From a virus (taxonomy: Duplodnaviria; Caudoviricetes), in the IMG/VR virus record IMGVR_UViG_3300035135_001547, positions 1 through 32,068 of that record: a stretch of DNA of 32,068 nucleotides. One strand, written 5' to 3'. This document shows, piece by piece, positions 25,277 through 32,068 of the stretch. The position numbers were made by a program, and so were the translations under genes. The notes under the pieces are model-generated. The model ran no database searches. It was given only the letters and a program-made list of their open reading frames with translations, and had not been told where the DNA came from. Positions within the stretch are counted from its first letter, which is position 1. Every line of letters starts with the position of its first letter.

Positions 25277-25651
25277 ATGAAATATCAAATCTTTCAAATC
25301 CGCGTTACCGAAGCTGAAGTTAACATCATGAATGCAACAGAAGATTATTCTAAAGCACCTCGTATTAAAGCTCGTCGTGATCTTCAATTTCCTCGTCTTG
25401 TTAATTCAACAGTTGAAGCTCTTGCAAAAGAAGCTTTTGAAAAAGGTTACTACACTCACGTAGCAAACGTCACAGGTTCTGATCTTGAGCACGTGTTTCA
25501 AATTGGTAACATTGGACCTGAAGAAAACATTGAGCGTTTGGATCGTATGACATCTATTTCTGTAGGTGATATCGTTCTTGATGAAAATGGCATTGTTTGG
25601 GTTGTTGCAGATTTTGGGTTTGAAGAAGTCATGGAACTCGAAGCAGCATAA
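25277..25651 (+). CDS. YodL-like domain protein
   Basis: LEHVFQIGN...SISVGDIV...WVVADFGF pattern; ends in LEAA. Confidence 0.6.
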   Translation: MKYQIFQIRVTEAEVNIMNATEDYSKAPRIKARRDLQFPRLVNSTVEALAKEAFEKGYYTHVANVTGSDLEHVFQIGNIGPEENIERLDRMTSISVGDIVLDENGIVWVVADFGFEEVMELEAA

Positions 25652-25678
25652 AAAGAAAACAAAACTTTTGAGTTTTAG

Positions 25679-25703
25679 GAGGGACTTCGGTCCCTCTTTT
25701 TTT
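25679..25703 (+). terminator. intrinsic terminator with C(UUCG)G loop
   Basis: GAGGGAC-TTCG-GTCCCTC-TTTTTTT. Confidence 0.92.
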
Positions 25704-25729
25704 ATGCACAAAATGTCATACCTGTGCAT

Positions 25730-25769
25730 ATTTTACTATACTGTTACACAAATATTATCGTATTGTTAC
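25730..25769 (+). promoter_or_regulatory. Pho-box-like array (PhoB binding)
   Basis: Four half-sites at exact 11-bp period: ATTTTAC(25730), CTGTTAC(25741), ATATTAT(25752), TTGTTAC(25763), then an AT-rich -10 region, upstream of pstS. Confidence 0.7.
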
Positions 25770-25854
25770 ATTCATAGTATATATATGGTTTGTATAGATG
25801 GAGTGTCTATATGTAAAGTTATTAGTTGAAATACTAAAACACGAAAGGAAATTC

Positions 25855-26880
25855 ATGAAAAATTTAATTTTGGCCGCAGCTATTACAGTGCTGGGCATGC
25901 CTGCTATGGCAAGAGATTATATTTCTATAGCAGGCTCATCTACTGTGCTTCCATTTGCTACTATTATTGCTGAGCAACTTGGAAACAATCCCTCCTATAA
26001 AACTCCAGTCGTGGAATCAGGTGGTTCCTCCGTTGGTAAAAAAGGCGTATGCGAAGGCGTCGGAACAGAATACATAGACATTGGTAACGCTTCTTCTCGG
26101 ATGAAACCAGGAGAGCTTGGCTTTTGCAATAGTAATGGTGTTGCTATTACAGAAGTCAAGGTGGGTTACGACGGTATCGTAATTGCTAATAGCAAAGACG
26201 GTATACCTTTGATTATTTCAAAAGCAGATCTTGGTCGTGCACTTACAGCTAAGATCCCACAAGAAGATGGAACATGGATTGATAACCCATATAAGAAATG
26301 GAGTGACATTAATCCAGATCTACCTGATCTCGAAATTCGAGTGATGGGGCCACCTACGACTTCAGGTACTCGTGCTTCATATGTTGAGATGGTAAATGAA
26401 AAAGGATATTGTAGTAAAGATCCTATTGCCAAAGCAGCATTGAAAGCAGCAGGAGAAAAAGCAAAAGTTTGTCGTGCAATGCGTACGGACGGAGCTTTTA
26501 TTGAAGCTGGAGAACAAGATAACCTAATCGTTCAAAAGCTAAAAGATGATCCAACATCATATGGAATCTTTGGATTTTCATATCTGGATCAAAACTCTGA
26601 CACTCTGCAAGGTGCAGTAGTAGATGGAACTGAACCAACATTTGAAAATATTGCTGATGGTAAATATGCAGTATCTCGTGATTTGTTTTTCTACGTAAAA
26701 CATGAGCATGTTGGTGTTATTCCAGGCGTTCAAGAATATATGAAAGAATGGACTAAACATTGGGGCGAGGACGGCATACTATCTGATGCCGGTATGATTC
26801 CTATGCCAGAAGAAGAACGTATGGAAATGATTAGACGAATTGAAACTCTTCCAATATTAACAGAAGAGGATCTGAAATAA
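25855..26880 (+). CDS. pstS: phosphate ABC transporter substrate-binding protein PstS (copy 1)
   Basis: Signal peptide; AGSSTV.P, ESGGSS.G, GYDGIV, PPTTSGTR, FGFSY, SRDLFFY. Confidence 0.92.
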   Translation: MKNLILAAAITVLGMPAMARDYISIAGSSTVLPFATIIAEQLGNNPSYKTPVVESGGSSVGKKGVCEGVGTEYIDIGNASSRMKPGELGFCNSNGVAITEVKVGYDGIVIANSKDGIPLIISKADLGRALTAKIPQEDGTWIDNPYKKWSDINPDLPDLEIRVMGPPTTSGTRASYVEMVNEKGYCSKDPIAKAALKAAGEKAKVCRAMRTDGAFIEAGEQDNLIVQKLKDDPTSYGIFGFSYLDQNSDTLQGAVVDGTEPTFENIADGKYAVSRDLFFYVKHEHVGVIPGVQEYMKEWTKHWGEDGILSDAGMIPMPEEERMEMIRRIETLPILTEEDLK

Positions 26881-26887
26881 ATCGCTA

Positions 26888-26921
26888 AAGGTGAACGGGG
26901 TTGTGCGGCTCTGTTCACCTT
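26888..26921 (+). other. intercistronic stem-loop between the pstS copies
   Basis: AAGGTGAAC...GTTCACCTT with G-U extension; weak U tail. Confidence 0.6.
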
Positions 26922-26952
26922 CTTCGCACATCGCACATTAGAAAGGGATAAA

Positions 26953-27927
26953 ATGAAAAATTTAGTTTTAGCAGCCGCGGTCACACTCACAGCAACAGCA
27001 GTAGCGGCTCGTGATTATGTACACATTGCCGGATCATCAACAGTACTACCTTACGCGACAATCGTTGCGGAAGCATTTGGAGATAACTTTGACTATCCAT
27101 ATCCGGTAGTTGAGTCAGGCGGCTCAGGCGCAGGACGGAAAAAATTATGTCAAGGTGTTGGGTCAAACACTATTGATATTGCAAACTCAAGTTCGTTAAT
27201 GAAACCTGATGAAGCAGAAAGATGTGCAGCAGTTATTGATTTTGAAAAAGTTCAAATCGGTTATGACGGTATTGTATTTGCAAGCCGTTTAGAAACAAAA
27301 GGATTTGAAAATCTAACACCAGCTCAGATTTATCTTGCGGTGTCAGATAAATCCAATGCAACAAACTGGCAGGATGTAGATCCTTCAATGCCAGATCGTC
27401 CTATCAAAGTTTTCCTACCAGGCACCAAGCATGGTACACGTGAAGTGTTTGATAAGAAAGTTATGGTAGCAGGCTGTAAAGCAGTTGGATCATACGATGT
27501 ATTCAAAGCAGATCTTGGCGACAAGAAAAAAGCAGAACGTGAATGTATGAAAGTTCGCACTGATGGATTAAGTGTTGATATTGACGGTGACTACACAGAA
27601 ACACTAGCATCATTGGGTACAAACCCAACTGGGATTGGTGTGTTTGGTTTGTCATTCCTTTTGAACAACACAGACACTATCTACGCAGCAACAATTAATG
27701 GAGTTGAAGCAAGCACAGAAACTATTGCAAGTGGTGAGTATCCTATTAGTCGTCCACTACAGTTTTATGTTAAAATGAATCATCTTGATGAAATTCCTGG
27801 ACTACGTGATTACATTGAGTTCTTCGTATCAGATGAGATTGCTGGTCCTGATGGCCCACTAGCAGAATATGGATTAGTTTCAGATCCAGAACTAGCAGCT
27901 ACACAAGATATGGTTGCTAACTGGTAA
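26953..27927 (+). CDS. pstS: phosphate ABC transporter substrate-binding protein PstS (copy 2)
   Basis: Signal peptide; AGSSTVLP, ESGGSGAG, GYDGIV, PGTKHGTR, YPISRPLQFY. Confidence 0.9.
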   Translation: MKNLVLAAAVTLTATAVAARDYVHIAGSSTVLPYATIVAEAFGDNFDYPYPVVESGGSGAGRKKLCQGVGSNTIDIANSSSLMKPDEAERCAAVIDFEKVQIGYDGIVFASRLETKGFENLTPAQIYLAVSDKSNATNWQDVDPSMPDRPIKVFLPGTKHGTREVFDKKVMVAGCKAVGSYDVFKADLGDKKKAERECMKVRTDGLSVDIDGDYTETLASLGTNPTGIGVFGLSFLLNNTDTIYAATINGVEASTETIASGEYPISRPLQFYVKMNHLDEIPGLRDYIEFFVSDEIAGPDGPLAEYGLVSDPELAATQDMVANW

Positions 27928-27960
27928 TAGTTGCATAAGAGCAACAAATAGCACTAAAAA

Positions 27961-28000
27961 GGCAGAAGTGGTTGACATTTGACCACTTCTGTTTTATATA
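27961..28000 (+). promoter_or_regulatory. terminator hairpin overlapping the sigma70 promoter of tmRNA
   Basis: Stem CAGAAGTGGT/ACCACTTCTG plus TTTT; contains TTGACA(27972)-N17-TATATA(27995). Confidence 0.75.
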
Positions 28001-28006
28001 TAAACA

Positions 28007-28272
28007 GTGGACGTTGAAACGAAGTAACAGCGTATCGGACCCGAGGGCAGTACTCGGCGCCTCCACCATAGATACATTTAAGACGTGCAGTGTATCTATG
28101 TTGGGGGCGAAATAGGATCGACGAGCGATTGGAGTTGAGTGGAGTTCACCGTGTTGGCCTACGATATTCAGCCAATCTTTATAATTGCAAATGATAATTA
28201 TAAACCATCTGGTTACGCTCTAGCAGCATAACTTCAGGGGGCGGCCACTGCCTAGCAACAGAAGTGTGGCGT
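28007..28272 (+). ncRNA. ssrA: two-piece (circularly permuted) tmRNA, alphaproteobacterial type
   Basis: Acceptor piece ends CCGAG-GGCAGTA-CTCGG-CGCCTCC-A-CCA (28068); hairpin intervening segment; coding piece starts GGGGGCGAAATAGGATCGAC (28103) giving G3.U70; tag ANDNYKPSGYALAA* at 28187-28231. Outer ends are approximate. Confidence 0.95.
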
Positions 28273-28296
28273 TTAACAACAAAAAGGAAGATTCAA

Positions 28297-28527
28297 ATGG
28301 AAATTATTAAAAAAGTACAAGCGTGGGCAGGAGCACTAGCAAATGTAGGTGTTTCTATAGCCGCACTACTAATCGTAGTCGAAGTACTAGGTTTGGGTGC
28401 GATCCCATTCTTTCCAGAAACAAGTGTTGTATCTAATGTAGCAGGAATGCTTGGAACACTTGGCGCAGAAGGCCTAATGGGCTTGTTAGCGATTTGGGTA
28501 CTTTATACCATTTGGGATAAACGTTAA
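28297..28527 (+). CDS. small two-TM membrane protein
   Basis: Start MEIIKK with AAGGA RBS; two long hydrophobic segments. Confidence 0.75.
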   Translation: MEIIKKVQAWAGALANVGVSIAALLIVVEVLGLGAIPFFPETSVVSNVAGMLGTLGAEGLMGLLAIWVLYTIWDKR

Positions 28528-28557
28528 CACACATCAGACAAAAGGAGAAAGATGTAA

Positions 28558-29349
28558 ATGAATAAACTACTAACAACAACCGCACTTGTACTTGCAGCAG
28601 GAGCTGCTTTCGGACAGGAAGCAATTCCACCTGTGACAATTGGTGGAGAAATTGAAACAGTAATTAAAGAAACAGGTACAGACGATAAGTGGGGTGCTAC
28701 TACATCTTTCGCTTTGGACTTGGACGTGAACGTTGCACCAGCTTCAGGAAGCTTGGAATTTGTAACTGACGTAGACAACGATGTAACATTGGACGAATGG
28801 TCAATGGGTACAGCCGTTGCAGGCGTTGGACTATCTTTCGGTAAACAAGGTAACGTATGGATTGACACTGAGTCAGGTGCAACCATTGAAGAACCTACAA
28901 TGGCTGAAAGTGTGCAAGTAACCGTTGCAGGAGCAACCGTTGGTGTTGGTCTGACTGACCTAACCGCAGACGTAACTGATGTTGCTAATATTCAAGGATC
29001 GTACACTATTAATGCGAATATCTTTAATGTTACAGCAGCAGGCGACTACAACCTTGACTCAGAAGAATGGGTTGCAGCAGGTCGTGTAGAAACCGGTGAT
29101 ATGCTTGACGGTGTAACACTTGGTGGTGCTATGAGTTATGGTTCAGCGTCCGAAAACATTGGTTTTGAAGTAGATGCCACAGCGTTGGGTATCACAGGTT
29201 ACCTTGCAGGTGACCAGGATGAAATGGCGGAACATGTAGGTGCAAAATACACATACGATCTATCAGGTGTATCACTTGAAGGTGCCGTTGACTACGATAT
29301 TGAAAACGAAACAACAACTCCACAGTTGACAGTATCGTTTAACTTCTAA
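28558..29349 (+). CDS. outer-membrane beta-barrel protein, porin-like
   Basis: Signal peptide (AAFG), acidic amphipathic beta-strands, C-terminal beta-signal LTVSFNF. Confidence 0.8.
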   Translation: MNKLLTTTALVLAAGAAFGQEAIPPVTIGGEIETVIKETGTDDKWGATTSFALDLDVNVAPASGSLEFVTDVDNDVTLDEWSMGTAVAGVGLSFGKQGNVWIDTESGATIEEPTMAESVQVTVAGATVGVGLTDLTADVTDVANIQGSYTINANIFNVTAAGDYNLDSEEWVAAGRVETGDMLDGVTLGGAMSYGSASENIGFEVDATALGITGYLAGDQDEMAEHVGAKYTYDLSGVSLEGAVDYDIENETTTPQLTVSFNF

Positions 29350-29380
29350 ACCCAGAAATCTCACACAAGAAATCGAGAAG

Positions 29381-29404
29381 AGGGGCGGGGAAACCTGCCC
29401 CTTT
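29381..29404 (+). terminator. intrinsic terminator (GAAA tetraloop)
   Basis: AGGGGCGGG-GAAA-CCTGCCCCT-TT. Confidence 0.8.
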
Positions 29405-29410
29405 GGTCTG

Positions 29411-29418
29411 TATAAATA
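29411..29418 (+). promoter_or_regulatory. T4-type late promoter upstream of heme oxygenase
   Basis: Exact TATAAATA between the terminator and a GGAG RBS. Confidence 0.75.
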
Positions 29419-29449
29419 AAATTACCTACAGACAACCACGGAGAATATA

Positions 29450-29989
29450 ATGTCAAATAAATTGAAACAATTGACGTGGGACCATCATCAATCTGCAGAA
29501 AGAAGAGCATTTGCCCGAAAGCTTTTAAGAGGCGAATTAACAAACCACGAATATTATGTCTTTTTGGTTTGTCAGTGGCATAACTATTCTACACTTGAAA
29601 AGGCTGCAATTATACCACCACATCTTAATGCAATCAAACGAGCAGATCGTATCATGGAAGATATTAAAGAGCTTGAAGAATTGTATGGATTTGGTTTCCC
29701 ATCTGGTTTACCACCGTCTGTTAAAGAATATGAAGTCCATATTGGGCAGCTTGCTGAATATGACAACAACCACGCTCTTTTAGCTCATATGTATACAAGG
29801 CATTTTGGTGAGCTACATGGTGGTCAAATTATTAAAAAGAAAATTCCTGGTAGCGGGAAAATGTACGAGTTTGAAGGAGACACAAAAGAACTAATTTCTG
29901 AATTTCGTAAACTTCTTGACGATGAAATGGCTGAGGAGGCGAAGAGATGCTTTGAATTTGCATCTAAATTATTTGATGAATTAAGTTGA
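29450..29989 (+). CDS. hemO: biliverdin-producing heme oxygenase
   Basis: LKQLTWDHHQSAE proximal helix; AHMYTRHFGELHGGQII distal helix; EAKRCF. Confidence 0.92.
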   Translation: MSNKLKQLTWDHHQSAERRAFARKLLRGELTNHEYYVFLVCQWHNYSTLEKAAIIPPHLNAIKRADRIMEDIKELEELYGFGFPSGLPPSVKEYEVHIGQLAEYDNNHALLAHMYTRHFGELHGGQIIKKKIPGSGKMYEFEGDTKELISEFRKLLDDEMAEEAKRCFEFASKLFDELS

Positions 29990-30014
29990 CAAACTACCTA
30001 ACTTGATATAAAAT
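29986..30014 (+). promoter_or_regulatory. sigma70-type promoter
   Basis: TTGACA-N17-TAAAAT; the -35 box contains the hemO stop codon. Confidence 0.75.
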
Positions 30015-30035
30015 TAATTTAAAAAGGAGGGCAAC

Positions 30036-30209
30036 ATGCTAAGTGAAACAACTTTTGAAGAATTGCAATTTAAAGATTACAAGAAAGCAGACCGTAATCA
30101 CAAATCAATATCAGCTCGCCGACGAAGAAAATTAACGAAACAAATTAGAGAGATAAGGTTATTAAATGAGTACGCAAGGCAACGACGTAATCGTAAAAGA
30201 AGACAGTAA
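30036..30209 (+). CDS. small Arg/Lys-rich protein (57 aa)
   Basis: MLSETTFEELQFKDYKKADRNHKSISARRRRKLTKQIREIRLLNEYARQRRNRKRRQ; AAGGAGG RBS; not in the ORF track. Confidence 0.7.
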   Translation: MLSETTFEELQFKDYKKADRNHKSISARRRRKLTKQIREIRLLNEYARQRRNRKRRQ

Positions 30210-30360
30210 CGGAGACTTATATATTGAAATCCCATCCGATCTTATGAATCAGGTTGGTTGGGATTTTGGTGATAATTTAATATGGGAAGAATTACCAGAT
30301 GGTAATTGGAGTTTGAGAAAAGAAGATGATATTTTGGAAACGGAAAAAGATAGTAGTTGA
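30166..30360 (+). CDS. AbrB/MazE/SpoVT-like DNA-binding protein
   Basis: GDLYIEIP.DLM.QVGW..GD.LIW swapped-hairpin pattern. Confidence 0.7.
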   Translation: MSTQGNDVIVKEDSNGDLYIEIPSDLMNQVGWDFGDNLIWEELPDGNWSLRKEDDILETEKDSS

Positions 30361-31054
30361 TGCCTTTACCACGAATGAAATGATTGCGTTAACTCCAATT
30401 GATTCAACCGCAAAATATCTTCCTGATTGGTATAAGTCACTAAAGAATAAACGATTACATCAAGATGAACTCGGTTTACTTGTAGAAACCGGCACTTTTA
30501 AAAACTGTGTAGGGTTTTTAGATACTATGAAAAGAAGCTTCACATTACCAATGTGGGCTGATCTTGTTTTAAGAGTAAATGATGATGACAGTTATACGTT
30601 TAAATACCCAGGCGGAGAATATAATTATGATGTATCACAACATGGTAGAGATCACTTAAACAATGCTTTTAGTTCTATGGTACACGTCAAAATTGGTTCA
30701 CCTTGGTTGTTGAAAGAAAAGACCGAAGTATATTTTAGTGTATCACAAGCAACGTGGTCGTTTAATAATTTTGGTGGGGACTGTTTAATTGCACCAGGTG
30801 TTGTAAACTACAAACACCAACACAGTACACATATTAATATGTTTTTAAAAGGTGGTAAACAATATAACTTTGCACATCGCCAAGCAATGTTGTATATACA
30901 CCCTTTAACTGAAGACGAAGTTGAAATTAAAACACATGTGATTGAAGAAAAAGAATACAATAAAATGCGAGGTATGTGGCCTACTTTTAGAAATGGTTAC
31001 AAAAGTTATAAAGCAAACAAGGAACAAAAATGCATCCACTCTGGAATGAGTTGA
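30326..31054 (+). CDS. conserved hypothetical phage protein
   Basis: 242 aa; P.WYK.L, TFKNC.GF.D, P.WAD, K..SPW pattern that I recall from marine T4-like phages. Confidence 0.75.
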   Translation: MIFWKRKKIVVDAFTTNEMIALTPIDSTAKYLPDWYKSLKNKRLHQDELGLLVETGTFKNCVGFLDTMKRSFTLPMWADLVLRVNDDDSYTFKYPGGEYNYDVSQHGRDHLNNAFSSMVHVKIGSPWLLKEKTEVYFSVSQATWSFNNFGGDCLIAPGVVNYKHQHSTHINMFLKGGKQYNFAHRQAMLYIHPLTEDEVEIKTHVIEEKEYNKMRGMWPTFRNGYKSYKANKEQKCIHSGMS

Positions 31055-31713
31055 ACGAATACGCTTCTTATATAACAAAACAATTTGATGAATACTTTGT
31101 TCGTTATAATAATCCGAAGTATACAGATAAGATGCACTTTGACGGGTGGACTGATACGTTTTGGCAGTCAGAAGTAATACGTAAAGCTCACTTAAAAACA
31201 ATTGTTCCACAAGACGGTAAAGGCTTGTGGTTAATGCATATTAATGTGTTTCCTAAAGAAGGTATTGAATTGCCTATACTTGGATTTGATATTGTAGCAG
31301 GACCGAAAAAGATTACAGGCTCCTTTATGGATTACAGTCCTATGTTTGGGATGCCGCATCCTTATCACGATTATATGGAAATGTCAGTTAAAGGATTAAC
31401 TTGGAAAAGGCAGCGTGAACTACCAGATTGGGCGCAAGAAATCTTTTCAACGAATATGATTGCCGCTGGCAATATTACAGAAGGTGCAGAACTAAATCAA
31501 TTCATTACAGTAACAAAAGATCTTTTAGATCATTATCTATTAGGTATACAAGATAACAGCTTTCTTTCAGGGCGACCCACAAAAGAAATTCTTAATAAGT
31601 ATTGCATCAATCAAAAAATGAACCCGCATCTTCATAGATCTATATTAGCAATGGGAATATCTGAAGAGGATAAAGATGCTTACGTAAACGACGTTTTATT
31701 TGAGGAAATATAA
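31030..31713 (+). CDS. pcyX: ferredoxin-dependent bilin reductase, PcyA/PcyX family
   Basis: RKAHL, WLMHINVFP, PILGFD, F.DYSP, RELPDWA..IFS, YC.NQK.NPH; near hemO. The symbol is tentative. Confidence 0.82.
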   Translation: MHPLWNELNEYASYITKQFDEYFVRYNNPKYTDKMHFDGWTDTFWQSEVIRKAHLKTIVPQDGKGLWLMHINVFPKEGIELPILGFDIVAGPKKITGSFMDYSPMFGMPHPYHDYMEMSVKGLTWKRQRELPDWAQEIFSTNMIAAGNITEGAELNQFITVTKDLLDHYLLGIQDNSFLSGRPTKEILNKYCINQKMNPHLHRSILAMGISEEDKDAYVNDVLFEEI

Positions 31714-32068
31714 TGGCATTTTTAATTCACAATTTACCGCCTGTTAATGTTTATGTAAAGATGGAATATCTTTATGATTTAGAACCAGGACACCCAAGTT
31801 GGGGTCAATTAACACCAGGAATTTGGATCAGCGTTAAATCAACACAATATAAAGCATTGTACTTTGAAACATTGCTAACAGACTACGGAGCACTCTTTGA
31901 CAAATTACCTATTTCAGCTTTTGTTTGGAAAGAAGACTTTGATAAAAACGATCAGCTACCTCTTGATGTTCTTCAGCTTTGGGATTGTTTTGATTATAAT
32001 CTTACAGTCATTCAAAAACCAATCCTGTCACGCTGTGAGTTTTTCGGAAAGGATAGAAGAATGCACGC
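31713..32068 (+). CDS. conserved hypothetical T4-like phage protein (3' truncated)
   Basis: MAFLIHNLPPVNVYVKMEYLYDL...YGALFDKLPISAF...LQLWDCFDY runs off the window; TAATG-coupled to the bilin reductase. Confidence 0.75.
   Translation, partial: MAFLIHNLPPVNVYVKMEYLYDLEPGHPSWGQLTPGIWISVKSTQYKALYFETLLTDYGALFDKLPISAFVWKEDFDKNDQLPLDVLQLWDCFDYNLTVIQKPILSRCEFFGKDRRMH

Noticed and set aside
25703-25730. NtrC site (TGCAC...GTGCA)
   Set aside because: Half-site spacing is 14 bp rather than the canonical 7; kept only as an unassigned palindrome.
25798-25854. N-terminal extension of PstS copy 1
   Set aside because: Signal peptide and GAAAGGA RBS indicate the start at 25855.
1-32068. CRISPR array, IS element, integrase, genetic-code reassignment
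   Set aside because: No regularly spaced repeats or transposase/integrase motifs were seen; core genes are full length under the standard code and use all three stops.

Overview
A 32 kb, AT-rich fragment of a T4-like myophage genome, most likely from a marine phage of Alphaproteobacteria. Core T4-like genes are topoisomerase II (gp52 and fused gp39+60), tail completion gp3, uvsY, uvsW, late sigma gp55, gp47/gp46 nuclease and gp43 DNA polymerase. Accessory content includes a partial class III nucleotide cyclase, class 3 lipase, methyltransferases, GalE-like epimerase, HNH nuclease, TIGR02594-like lipoprotein, two HExxH peptidases, MazG-like proteins, two divergent PstS genes behind a Pho-box-like array, a porin, heme oxygenase and a PcyA/PcyX-family bilin reductase. 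RNA genes are tRNA-Pro(UGG), tRNA-Arg(UCU), a two-piece (circularly permuted) alphaproteobacterial-type tmRNA with tag ANDNYKPSGYALAA, and three unassigned structured RNA candidates around tRNA-Pro. The most notable signals are: (i) a family of TTGACA-N17 sigma70 promoters carrying a CcrM-type GANTC site in a GcrA-like context at a fixed spacer position; (ii) a promoter-to-terminator unit made almost entirely of unknown structured RNAs; (iii) the permuted tmRNA; and (iv) a bilin reductase with Lys at a normally acidic catalytic position. All protein calls come from motif recognition by eye; no database searches were run.
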